DNA from: Lama glama
Lineage: Eukaryota
Assembly: GCA_028534125.1 (NCBI GenBank)
Contig: CM052816.1
Span: forward strand, 40,550,001-40,614,000
Length of the DNA: 64,000 nucleotides
Direction: 5' to 3'
How positions within the stretch are numbered: the stretch's first letter is position 1; each line of letters starts with the position of its first letter. Shown here piece after piece: positions 1 to 12,121 of this stretch. Below the pieces are notes generated by a model. The model did not search any database. It worked only from the letters and a program-made list of their open reading frames with translations, and had not been told where the DNA came from. Both the position numbers and the translations under genes were made by a program.

Positions 1-929
1 CATTTACTTCATTTTAAAGTAAATACACAAAGTTTATATTTCAGGGAAATAATAAACTTGATAGTTCCTATTTTAATGAGATCCTAATAATTATGTCTTA
101 AAGATTGTTTCTTTTCCTGCTTTTCAGGAAGTGTAATGAATGTTATCATTGCAGTGGGAAATATACCACATATCCTTTTTTGCTGTGAAAGTTTTCCAAA
201 TTTTAGATGAAAAGTTCTTCCATCTAAAGAAAACTCCCAGTTACCATTTTCAGACAATTTGCAGGCATCGTGGTTCAGAAGAAAGGGCTTGGTCTCTGGA
301 ATCAGGGAAAGATACGTTGGGGTGCTTGCTCTACCATTGTGTGACCTTTGTCTTCCGTTGTCTTGATCTCTCTGAATCTCATTATCTCCATTACTCGTTA
401 AAAGGACACCAGCCACTTTCTCTGGAGTTAAAGTGGGTAACAGATATGCAGTGCCTGGTCCCAGGGAATGTAGGCACTCCCTCCTGCTGACCTAATCAGT
501 AAGCACTGACTGTGCCTCTCGTGTAAGGCCATGCCTTCTGTCATATGTACTTGGTTTTGGTAAGCTAGAAGTGCTCTGGATATGGCTTTCTGGAATGCTT
601 TCTTTACAATACAATGTAGTAGTATTCTCTGAACTTGCATTTTTGTTTTAATTTTTTCTTAATTTCTTCTTTATTAAGAGCAATGGGTATTGAACAAAGA
701 AAGACCAAAGTAGCAGCATTACAACTAACTAAGTGAACCTAACATTGAAAATGTAGACCTGGAGATGAGTAGGGGTGAGACACACAAGTCTCAGACTTCT
801 AAGAGGATGGATCTGGAATCCTTTCGTGTTGAGATTTTTACTGGAAATCATAATCTTTCACTACTTAGAGCCACAACCTGTGAGGATTATTTAATAATGA
901 AAATATTTCAGCCATCTTATTACCCCTAC

Positions 930-1115
930 TACAAATAATAGCAAATCATGTTGAGTGATCACGCTATGTTAAGGCATTATCCCATTTAATCATTACAACA
1001 TTATAAGTCACTTTATCACTTTAAAGATGCAGAAACAGGGTCTTAGTGAGTTTAAAAAAGTAAGTGTCCGAATTTTAGCCCAGGATTGCCTGACATCATA
1101 GGAACCAAGCTCTTA
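930..1115 (-). mobile_element. MIR SINE fragment
   Basis: Degenerate MIR core in antisense (cactttaaagatgcagaaacagggtcttagtgagttt...). Boundaries approximate. Confidence 0.55.
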
Positions 1116-1826
1116 GTCGTTATATCATATTGACTTTCTTCTTATTATTATTTCTGGATCATATATGGAGAAAGAATATTTCTCTTTCAGGAAAGCTATC
1201 ACATTTATCAGAAGAAAACAGTTTTTGCTTAGTTTTATTTATTCTTCTTGAAATGGCTTTAAAAAGAAATATATGTGGTGGTCCACATTTTCATATTCCA
1301 AGAAAAAGAATAAGTTTGTTGTTAAGAAGGAAAGGCATAACACAGGCAATCTGTTTAACCTTATTCCATCTCATTAAAAACAATTCTACTAAAGATATGG
1401 AGATATAACTAGGTTTGGCATCAAACGAAATTAATTATCTCATGTTTCTAGTCAGTTCTCCTAGATAGATTTCTAAATAACACCTGCTACTGAAGCAGCT
1501 CTCCATGGGCGTAACATCACAGCTACACTGCTTTGTAACTCTCCGTATTGCTGAAATCTCTGTCACCTTATGAAGTTTAAAAGAAAGCAATCTATGTTAT
1601 TTTCTTTTTTTAAAATGATTGATTGTATCAGGATAATTGTTAGAATTTAGCTGATAGATCGCCCTTCAGAATTATATAATACACATTTTTTCCCGTTCTC
1701 TTAGGATTTAACTAGAATGTGTGACCTTGTGCTCCTGGGTTTCTATAGAACCAGGATGAAAGGGATATTGTGTTGTTGCTGAGTCCTGACACAGTGGTGA
1801 GACAGAGGCTTCTTTGCCTGTGCTAA

Positions 1827-2451
1827 TGATGCAGGAAAACGGACGTGGGGGGTGTGGAGGGCCATGTCCAAGATCTCGGTTGAGCCCCTGGGATGTGCCC
1901 TGCCAAGTGCGGGTCCTTGGCTTCGCACAGGAAAGAATTCAAGAGCGAGCTACAGTTGAGTGAAAGTAGATTTATTCAGAGAGATACATTGAAAGGCAAG
2001 AGAAAGGCCATGAGGTGTAGGGGTTGGGTGCTGAGATTAAAAGTAGGTATACACTCCATTCTGTCTATGTGGGCCTTCTTGGAAGAGGGAGAGAGGGGGC
2101 AGCTTCGAGGCGCCCTGTTGCTAGTTTTTATGGGCTTGGTGGCTTCATATGCTAATAAGTGGAAGGACCAGTTTAAGTAGCCTGGGGAAGGGTCTGGGAT
2201 TCCCAGGAAGTTGGCCATTTCCCACTCTTTGATCTTTTGTGGCTAGCCTTGGGACTGCCATGGTGTCTGTTATTCACCATGTTAATATATTACAATGAGT
2301 ATATTATGAAACTCAAGATCTACTAGAAGTTAAATCTCTCATCATCCTGAGCCTCAAGGCCTACTAGGGGTTGAATCTTTCAGCATTTTGATGTTAATTG
2401 CTGTAGCATTCCTTGAAGAGCTGTGCCCCTGTCCCCTTACATCCTGTCTCA
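1827..2451 (-). mobile_element. ERV1-class solo LTR (~625 bp)
   Basis: TG...CA termini, 4-bp TSD CTAA (1823-1826 / 2452-2455), minus-strand AATAAA near 1971, locally higher GC/CpG. Confidence 0.85.
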
Positions 2452-2681
2452 CTAACTCTGGATTCCCTTTAGTGGGGCGTTTTTTGGAGAAGTTCTAGGC
2501 CAGTGACCTCTTTCCCTCTTGCTGCCTGTGAGTCAGTCCTGAGAGAGAAGTTAATCTTCCACTGTTCCACCTGAAAAGAAGTAAACTGTAGTGTGAGAAG
2601 GCAGATACATGTGATTCAGCCTGGTCCTATTGTTAGCTGTATTCTTCAAGTTCCTCATCTGCAAGGTGATGATAACAGCGT

Positions 2682-3094
2682 TGTTGATCTGCAGTTTCCT
2701 GGAGAGCTTCCTGCGTGCAGTCTGAAACTGGCCCCTGTTCACAGAGGGCAGGGGGAGAGATCTAATAAAAAGACGTAGACCACTCCAGATTGTTAGCTGG
2801 TGGGTTGAACAAGCGAGAGAATTTACTGAAAGACAAGCATATTTCCTGCACCCACCTGTCAGAATCTCAAAAGTTTATATAGAGGCCTTAACTGGTATTA
2901 GTCATGTACATAGTGCAGATAGTCTCATCACCACATTGTTATCTCAAGGCTGTGTCCCTGGGGCAGCTTCTGGGAACCAGGGAGGCAAGCGGAACACACG
3001 TTCCAAGGACACAGGAGGGTGTGCATTGTGTCCAGTTGCTCTGTCCAGCTTGTGAGCTAAACCAGTGATCATGTCTTTTTGATGACCTCCTACA
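2682..3094 (-). mobile_element. ERV solo LTR inserted into a MIR-like remnant
   Basis: TG...CA ends, near-TSD GCGT/ACGT, minus-strand TATATAAA box near 2875-2882. Flanks (ttcctcatctgcaagg... / ...caggaatgttgtggag) read as one interrupted MIR. Confidence 0.7.
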
Positions 3095-3149
3095 ACGTTA
3101 CAGGAATGTTGTGGAGTTAGGTAGATTAGAAAGGCAGCAATATTTGTAG

Positions 3150-3348
3150 ACTAGACAGTACATGCCAAGTATTGCGCTTTTATGTGGATTATCTCATTCT
3201 CATCACTTCTGCCCTTAGCAAGTATTATAGTGACCCACATTCATAAACGAAGAAGCTGGAGATCAGAACTATTAAGCCTTTGTTCATGGTCACGTGCTGG
3301 GGAGTAGCAGAGGTAAGATTTAAACCCAGGTCTTTGAGACTCTAAAGG
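3150..3348 (-). mobile_element. MIR SINE
   Basis: Matches recalled MIR antisense consensus (attatctcattctcatcac...gaagaagctggagatcaga...gatttaaacccaggtct). Confidence 0.7.
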
Positions 3349-4084
3349 TAATGTGGGTCATCACTGTGCAGGGTAGTGATTAGCATGAGGGAGGGCTTAA
3401 TGTGTCTCCATTACTGTTTAACACTTAGAACAAAGTCTGCATTCCAACAATATCCTTGTTGACAGTGGAGAGCCTGAAGTCTCTTTCAGGGCTGGAGCCA
3501 ATTATAGAGACCATCGGGTCCTTGTCTGAGAGGTTTAGCTCAGGGACAAAAGTTTTAAAGTATAATTTTAGGTCACTGGCTTTCTAGATCTCCATATAAT
3601 GTGTTTATAGTAATCAATTTAAATTTTAATTTAATTTGCTTTTTAAGCTTTAATATAACAATCAGATCTTCTTTGGAAGACTGTGTGTTATTTAAAAACA
3701 AACCAGTATTTATACTATTAAGTGGCTGACGCCCAGAACAATTAAGCCCTTTATCCTTGTACATATCCATTACTGTAAGAGTCCAGGCTTCCCTTTTATC
3801 CCCCATTTTTGTGTGACCCTGAGGAACATGTTTTCTGACTCAACTCCTACAATCTCTAACTTCTCTAATGCTCCCCCATGACTACTAAAAGTCATGAACT
3901 TCCTGAGTTGGATCTTCCATAAAAAGAGAGACTGCAGCCACTTTATATCAAGTGTTTTTTGTTATTGTGTTGTTTCCCCATATCTCTCAAACCTCTGGAT
4001 TGACAGTGGCATAAAAGACCTTTTAGTTCCTCATTGATGCCTCAAAGTCATTCTGTCTCTTCTTTCTCAAAAAACAGAAGCAAA

Positions 4085-4440
4085 CCCACAAACACACTAG
4101 AAACTATAGAAGAAAATCTGATGGAATTAACATTATAGAGTTTTTTAAATATGTGGAAAAAGCATTTTCAACAATGAATAAAAAAATGAAAACTTGGGAA
4201 ATACATTTGCAATATATGTAAAAAAATTATATAAGCTTATACAAAAGCCTTTGATAAATATGTGCACATTATAAATAATAAGCCATAAATAATAAGGTGA
4301 AAAATTCATATGAAAAAAGAATTCAAGATGATCAGTATACACATGAAAATTATTTATCCTCACTAACAAAGTAAATTTAATCACTTCTTTCCATCATATT
4401 GATAATGATTAAGAATATAGAAAATCAGTTTATATAAGAG
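4085..4440 (+). mobile_element. Old L1 (L1M-type) fragment
   Basis: A-rich degenerate L1 ORF2-end/3' sequence (aacttgggaaatacatttgcaat...). Confidence 0.5.
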
Positions 4441-4499
4441 AGTCAGGCTAGGAAAATGCCCAGGCATGACAAAATTTGACATTTTCGAAGCATGAGAGC

Positions 4500-4890
4500 A
4501 GGTCAGTATTTCTGAAATACACTAACAAATGAAAGAGACAACTCATAGAGGCTGTTGTAGGCTATGGGACTTAGTGTAGATTTATTTGGAAGTGAACTGG
4601 GAGTATCTTTGGAGTTGTAAACAGGCAAGTGACTGCTTTGTTTAAATGTTTGAAAGGTCACTGTGGCTGTGCTGAGGGGATCATATGATGGCAGTAGGGG
4701 CACAGTGACTCGGTGGAGTCCGCATTGCTCTATGTGGAAGATCGTGATGCTCTGGGCCAGTGCGGTGGCTGCAAGAAAAGAGGAGAATTGAGAACCACTT
4801 GGGAAGCCAGATTTTCAAAACTTGCTGTTGTTGGTGATGTAAAGAATGAAGGATAAAGAAAGAACAAGCAGTTTGTCCAAGTGAATATTT
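4500..4890 (-). mobile_element. L2 LINE fragment
   Basis: Typical L2 antisense text (tttgaaaggtcactgtggctgtgctgagg...). Confidence 0.55.
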
Positions 4891-5104
4891 CATTAATTAT
4901 GGAGCTGGGTTTTGAGCCTGGCCCTGTCTACTCCAATGTCCCACGTGGTTTCACAGGGGTAGATATATCGGGTTGTGAAAGAAACTTCAGTGTCCTTCAC
5001 TTACTCAGGTCCTTTCATATGCACTGAGGTGGCTTTAGAATGTGTTCTTATGGAACAGGCTTCTGTAAATCTATTTTAACCATGGTTCAGTCCACTGTCT
5101 TTCT

Positions 5105-5280
5105 GCCAAGTGATCAAAATGGCTTTAAAGTTCCCCTAGCTGGACTAAACATTAGACAGAGTCCCTCCTGAGGCACCTACCTCCCTTTTCCTAGAGAACT
5201 TGCTTTAGAAAACTCATTAACTGTAAATTCTTCCTCTGCCCCTTTGAGAACTAAATCAGTCATTTTGGGAACCCAGCTAA
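5105..5280 (+). mobile_element. ERV1 LTR fragment (MER34/MER39-like)
   Basis: aaagttcccctagctggactaaacattagacag...ctgtaaattcttcctctgcccctttgaga resembles the MER34/39 group from recall. Confidence 0.5.
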
Positions 5281-5316
5281 AGAAGAGTTAAGCTCAGGAT
5301 ACAAATTAGTTTAGGG

Positions 5317-5374
<58 letters not shown>

Positions 5375-5397
5375 CAGAGAGAGACAGAGAGAGAGGG
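5317..5397. repeat. Compound microsatellite (GT)n(GA)n
   Basis: Directly visible. Confidence 0.97.
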
Positions 5398-5584
5398 ACT
5401 GCAGGCACTTGTCTGTATACTCCAGTTATTACTAACAAGATTACACAAACTGACAAGGGGAGCACTGGGATTAAGTCTCAGTCTGTTATTAATGCTAATG
5501 ATTTTAGCGATATACAGTGTCATCTCAGGTTTAGCCTCAGGTTTAGTGACCCATCAACAGACCTTTTCTTTTAAAAGCATTCTG

Positions 5585-5725
5585 AGGGGAGGGTGTAGCT
5601 CAAGTGGCAGAGCGCATGCTTAGCATTTGCAACGCTCTGGGTTAATCCCCAGCACCTCCTCTAAAAAAAAAATAAGTAAGTAAACCTAATTACCTCCTCC
5701 TCTCCCCCAAAAAACTTAAAAAACA
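5585..5725 (+). mobile_element. tRNA-derived SINE, camelid Vic-1 type
   Basis: GGGGAGGGTGTAGCTCAAGTGGCAGAGCGCATGCTTAGC head (A box), degenerate B box, A-rich tail, TSD ttaaaag(c/g)attctg (5571-5584 / 5726-5739). Confidence 0.9.
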
Positions 5726-8724
5726 TTAAAAGGATTCTGGTTGACCCCCTGTCACTTCTAGAGTTGGCACCATGACCCAGCTGTTTATCTGGCTCTGTGT
5801 GTTTTCCAGTCCCTTTGCCCACTTCTGTCTCACCCATACGTTTTACTCTGCCTCACTCTGTGTCTCTGACTGTACCTTCATCCATGTTCCTGCTTCAGCC
5901 TAAAATGAATTACCCTTATTAATTTCGATCTGTGTGCTATAAAATATTGAAAGTGATAATGATAAAACAAACCAAAAAAAAAAGATATTAATAAGGTTTA
6001 ATCAACAAACAGTGGTCACTTCTGGTCACCTCAAAAAATATTTGGCCAGACATTGCACAGGAAAATAAACAAAAAATTCCTGAGACCTTAAAGTTCACAC
6101 ATGAAAGAAGCTCAAAAGAGGTCTTGCCAAATTTGGAGACAACCCTAGAATTTATGTAACATTTCCAATAACAAGTTTAAAGTTGAAAGAAACTTTTTCT
6201 AAATAATAACAAATAATATAAGCTTTTATCAACCATGGTAGATGAGGACTGAATTATATTTATTATTTCTACATTGACAGTGATATTACAAAATTGTTTT
6301 CATTTGACATGGTGATCAGAAATAATACAAAATGTAAAAAAGTATAATAGAGGTGGTGAGACAGTTATTTGATAAAAATAATATATTTCTCTGGATTTTG
6401 TGGTCCTGCAGTATTTATAATTTTCTGAAATTTGCTATTCGTTGTGATTTATGTGGTCACTTTTGGACTTAATTTAACCATTGTAATTACTTTAGCTTTT
6501 TCTTACAGAGGACACATCAAATTTTCTAAGCTTCAAAACCTGATACCCCTGTAAAGCATCTGTCTTAGTCTGTCAAGCATCATTTTATGAATATGTTTTC
6601 TTAGAGAAATGAGCTTTATAAAAAAGAAATGGAGAAGGTTTCTGAGATTTCAGTAGGGCATGATGTTAGCATTTTAATGTTTACAGAGCTGGTTAGAGAG
6701 CAAACATAGTTTTAAGATCAGTGAAAGTGGGTCTGAGGAATGACAGATGGCAGCAGTATTGCAGGAGGATGTTAAGTACCTGAGGGCTGTACGACGGGTC
6801 CAGCTGAGGTTCGTGGTAGGATGAGGCCTGGAAGGTTGGACTCCAAACCTAGGTCGAAAGAGTAAGAGTCTGTGACAGAGACAACACAGGAAGATGAGGG
6901 GGCAAAAAGCAACACATTTATTATTTGAGTCCCTTCAGTGGTTTAATATTGGCAGTGGATATTAAAATATTGTGTAGAATGATCCCTTTGTGACTTCTTA
7001 AAAAATGACCACTTTCTTTTCATTCTGATAAAGAAAGCAGTTTGGTATGATCAAAATGGTGAAAGCAGTGTGTATTAGGGAAAGCTTGCTAACAGCAGGA
7101 TCATTCTCACAAACTATGTCTGTCTTTAAAATGTAGTCATTTCCCAGCTTAGCTGTTTCCCTATGGCCCATTTTATTTCCATTCTGGGACAGTGCAAGGT
7201 ATAATAACAAGGGGCTCAAAGTTAATATCAGTCTGGACAGGAATCAACCATCAGTCTGTTTGGTCGTGAGGAAAACCAACACAACATTATAGTAGAATAA
7301 TAATGATCACAGCGAGAGGGGGAAGATGGGAGAAAATGAAATGATTCTGAGAAAACTCATTATAATCATATTTAAAGAAGATTAAATTTCCACAAGTTAG
7401 ATTGTTTATAGAACAGAATTTATTGTTTTCACTGTCCCTGATATCATGGTGGCAGATAGTTATTCTCAATTTTTAATATATATAAAATTTAAAAGCAAGT
7501 ACACTTCATCCCGTACTTTGTTTCATGTACAAAACATCTTCATGTCTATTAAGCATTTGGATATTTGTGCTTTAATAATTTAGTTTTTTATATTAATTGG
7601 ATAAACTTTAGCTTTTAAGAAATAGCACTAAGAAACTCAAAGGACATTTTAATGTATGGACATATATTGATTTATTTTCCTTATTAGCACATGTCCTTAC
7701 AACTGATTTTTCTTAGTCAAGGAAAGTCTTGTTTGATTTGAAGATCATATATTATGTTCAAACTCATATCTGATTTTGAGCTGAGGCTTAGTTTTTTTTT
7801 GAGCCTCTTAGCAAATCTTGTATTGCATACTGAATGTAATGCTTGTAGTATTATCTAGTCATGTAAAATAACTACTACTAGTAGAATATAAATGAATATG
7901 TTTTTGGATAAGCTTAGAGTTGTTCTTCATGTAATGTGAGCATGGGAACATTACAGGGTTACTTAATACCAGTCTTCACATTTTCTGTGTTTTGGGTTGA
8001 TTTTGGTTGTTCCTTTTTTTTAAATTATTTTAAATTTTTTAATGGCAGCTAAAGATATATATACAGATTGCTACTAAAACAATGCCTAGAGCGTTGTTGG
8101 TGAGTTTACATACATCTATACCTATGTAACTAAAACATTTTGGCTGTCATACATATTACTAACACTAGACATCAGAAATGAAAAAAATGATATGAAAAAG
8201 AAATTCATATTTATTTACAGGTATGATTCATGCATTGATAACAAAGAAGCAGCAGTATGATTCATTCACAGTAGCCTAAACTGTACACCAGTGAATGAAT
8301 CATTATAACGTTTTATGGCATATGATATTACAGTCATATTCATAATACAGTACTGAAAACATTACTACATTTTAAAAAACCGCTTACCTGTGACAGTAGG
8401 CTGATATACAGTTTCTCCAATTACTAGACAGAAAGTCATACTGTATGTTAATGTAATCTTTTGAAAGCAAAGTTATAGAACAGTAAGAAAACTGATATAT
8501 TACTAATTTTATATTAAATATCACTCAACTTATGCCTATATAAGGGGAGGCTATTCACTTCAATACAAATCTTGCATATGATATTCTAGCTGATGAATAC
8601 TTTGGTGATGATGATGATGATGATGACACAAAAAGAACTCACACAATTCTTGGATAGTTACTAGATTTTCACAGGAGGACATACAGATACCCAACAGATA
8701 AGTGTATTAACTGTATGGCATGAT

Positions 8725-11062
8725 GATGATCTACTATTCATTATCATAAAGGTCGTCTTCATTGTCTTCACATTGAGTAGGCTGAGGAGGAGGAGGAAAA
8801 GAAGGGGTTGGTCTTCTTGTCCCAGGGGTGGCGGAGGTGGAGAAGGTGGGAGGGGAAGCAGGAGAGGCAGGCCAACTTGGAGTAACTTTAGGAAAATACA
8901 TCATAATTTCCATCTGACTTTTTTTGCTTTTTAATTTCTCTAAAATTGTTTCTATACGGTACCAATCCTCCTTCCACCATTTGCTTTAGTTGCAGGGCTC
9001 ATATCTTAGAAGGGTCCGTGTCATAAAAGAAGTCAAAAGCAGTCTGGAATAACTGGGACCTTTCTGCCAGACTGTCTAATGTCAGTTTGTTTTCTGGCGC
9101 TGCTTCTTCTATGTTCTTCCTCATTGTCTGGCACTGGTTTGGAAGCACTCATCTCCATTCTGGTAATTCTTCTGGTGTGGTGGCTATTAGCTCTTGAATT
9201 TCTCCAAGATCTTTATCTTGAAACCCCTCACTCCCGTCCTTTTTTGCAGGAGTATCTGCAAAATATCTCCTTTGCTCCACAGTCTCTTCCATGATTTCCT
9301 TTACTGGCTCTGTCATAAATCCTGTGAGTTCATGCACAGTATCTGGACATGTTCTTCTCCAGCAGGAATTCACTGTTCAGGCTCCATGGTTTTCACAGCT
9401 TTTACTGTAACAACAGTAGCATCTCCAGTGGTGTAGTCCTTCTAGACTTTCATTATGTTCTCTCCTCTTGCATACTGTTGGCAATCCTTTCCATAGAGTA
9501 CTATGAGTAATGAGCCTTAAACGTCCTTATGAATCCCTAATCTAGAAGCTGAATTAGAGACATGTTAGCGGGCAAGTAAACCACTTTAATGCCTTTGTTG
9601 TTAAACTCACGGGGTTCTGGGGGGCTAGGGGCATTGTTCAATATCAAAAGAACTGTAAAAGGCAGTCCCTTACTGGCAAAGTACTTCCTGACTTCAGGGA
9701 CAAAGCATCAATGGAACCAGTCTAGGAAAGATGTTCTTGTTGTCCAGGCCTCCTTGTTGCACAACTAAAAGACTGGCAGCTGATTTTTATCTTTTCCCTT
9801 CAAGGCTTGGAGGCTAGCAGCTTTCCAGATAAGGGCAGTCCTGATCATAAACCTGACTGTATGTACACAAAAGTATAGAGTTATTCTATCCCTTCCAGAC
9901 TTAAATTGTGGTGTTTGCTTCTCTTCCTTACTAATAAATGTCCTTTGTGGCTTTTCCCCCCCAGAATAGGGCGTTTTCATCTGCATTAAAAACCTATTCA
10001 GGCAAATATCTTCTGTCCTCGATTATTTTCTTAATGGCATCTGGGTATCGTCTGCTGTTTCTCCTATTATCTTGACATTTTTTAAGTCAAACTACTTTCT
10101 AAAATGATCAAACCATCATTTGTTGGCATTAAATTCTCCAGCTTTAGCTCCACCTTCCTTATGCTTTAAATTGTCATATAATGACTTTCCTTTTTCTCAA
10201 ATCATATTAGAGTCAATAGGTATGCCTTTCTGCACCCATATAAAAGCTGCATTTTCAGTATGTGTTAAAAAGGTATTCTGCATAAAGTGCTAGGTTTTCC
10301 CATCTGCTGTCATAGCTGCAGCTAAGGCTTCATGAGTTTCATTTTCTTTTTTTACAGTGGTCTTTTTGCTGGCTTCATTTATTTTAAAATGGTGGGCAAC
10401 TACTGTTGCAGACCTCAATCTATGGTGCACATCAAGCAACACACCTTTTTCTTATAATGCCATTACTTTTCTGTGCATCTTGTGAACACTTCCAGTATCA
10501 CTAGTGGCACTTCGTATGGGTCCTATGATGTTACTCAAGGTATTGTGCTAAACATGATGAAAAATACGTGAGAACCACAATACGTCAGAGATGGTTAGTG
10601 TCACATGGCATTTTAGGCAGATACTCTCAACATGGGAGCTCACTGCAATAGTAACAGGAGATGGCCATGAAATTGTTGCATTAGTACAGTATGTGCTGCA
10701 GTTAATTTTATGCTGTTATGATTTAATACTGCATCTTTACATTTGTTTACATTTCTCTCAACTGCAAATGGTATGGACTATAAGTGTTAGTGTGAATGAG
10801 TTTTGATAAATTTAAACTTTTTATAATAGATTTACATACGTTTTATGGTAGTAAATGATAAAATAGACTAGTCTTCTTTACATGTATTTTATGTATTAAT
10901 GACTTACGTTCTTCTTAATTTTTTGCCATTTCTAGGCTATGCTGATTGAGGTTTCTCAAATTGTTGCAAATCTCCAAAATTTTTTCCAGTATATTTATTG
11001 AAAAAAATCTGCATATAAATGGACCCACACAGTTGAAACCCACTTTGTTCAGGGGGCAATTG
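8725..11062 (-). mobile_element. Tigger2-family (pogo/Tc1-mariner) DNA transposon with decayed transposase
   Basis: Right end reverse-complements to a Tigger2-like TIR (caattgccccctgaacaaagtgggtttcaactgtgtgggtcca) followed by TA at 11063-11064. Minus frames give FNADENALFWG and RTFISKEEKQTPQFKSGRDRITL. Many stops and frameshifts. The left end is unresolved and may extend towards ~8050. Confidence 0.9.
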
Positions 11063-11754
11063 TACAAGAAAGATGGCATATGGCAATCAGAAGCCAGTCT
11101 TAGCAGTTAAATTGATAGAAACAGGTGTAAACTGTGATGACTGAAAGAGGAAATGCCCTCTCTAAAGAGTGTAACCTTTATTAACCTCCTGGCACATGGA
11201 GATTTGGGAGTTGACCTTCCGTTCCATCAAGAAAAACAATATTTGAAATTTTAAAATGAGATTTTTTAAATTGTAAATGGTCAGTTGAAAAAATGACCAC
11301 CCAGCTGATCAAACAAGAGGACCCAGTGAATGTCTAGGTCATAGATCATTGATTGGTAACTTCCAAAACTGGTCTTTAAGGAATATATAATAAAAGAGTT
11401 CTAAGTCATGATTGTGGCTGTTAGAATTTGCTAGTACTGTGCAGCTGTGATCATTTTTGCCTATGCTTTAAGAATAGCAAATAAAACTTCCTCTGCTATT
11501 TTAATATTTAATCAGTGCAACCAAAAGTAATAAGAAAAGAAAAACATTGCCTTACCTTGTCTGAAGTTTTGCTACCTGTCTTTGTTATGCCAGGCTAATG
11601 TGATTCCTATGCTTTTGATTATTAAAATACTTTTATCATCACAATTTTATTATCCTGCTCAGTTGATGAAAGCAAGATATATGAAAGAATAACAATTTGT
11701 TAATTATCAAAGGTAATTCTGGACAGTACATTCAGTATTAATTGTTCTTGTTTA

Positions 11755-12121
11755 TTTATTTTTTATTTTTATATATGTATATATTTTTATTGAAGTATAA
11801 TCGGTTTATAATGTGTCAATTTCTGATGTACTGCACAGTACTTCAGTCATACATGAATATACATATATTTGTTTTCATATTCTTTTCACCATAAGTTAAT
11901 ATAAGATATTGAATATAGTTGCCTGTGCTATATAGTATATACTTGTTGTTTATCAGATTTTGAGAGAATCCTCCTGTATTTCGAAGTGAGAGACACTCTG
12001 TGAGAGTACATTAGGTGTTCTGTGCGATTCAGTGGGCTTGTAGTTGTAATTCTTAGTGTATTTGTGGTAGAGGGCGAGCTGTGAGTCTCTCTACTCCACC
12101 GTCTTGTCTCAAACCCCTTTT
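11755..12121 (-). mobile_element. Short L1-derived retrocopy: L1 5' end fused to L1 3' end
   Basis: 13-bp TSD ttgttcttgttta (11742-11754 / 12122-12134). 11955-12118 resembles an artiodactyl L1 5'UTR start, and 11755-11954 is an L1 3' terminus with an A-rich tail. Confidence 0.75.

Larger units (their letters stand above)
4954..6551 (+). mobile_element. hAT-Tip100 (Zaphod/MER115-like) DNA transposon with nested insertions
   Basis: Termini CAGGGGT...ACCCCTG. 6120-6330 encodes a decayed hAT C-terminal dimerisation region (PNL...PIT...ERNFS-like). Interrupted by an LTR fragment, a microsatellite and a SINE. No TSD found. Confidence 0.65.

Noticed and set aside
84..640. ORFs of 70-116 aa at the window start
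   Set aside because: No recognisable domain, overlapping on opposite strands and no convincing exon structure; consistent with chance.
5585..5660. tRNA-like sequence (also 27800-27872)
   Set aside because: SINE head with tail and TSD; cloverleaf and B box are degenerate.
11550..11612. Possible small minus-strand exons ending in GTAAG (also ~13180-13225)
   Set aside because: Good donor but poor acceptor polypyrimidine tract and no recognisable peptide; cannot be supported.
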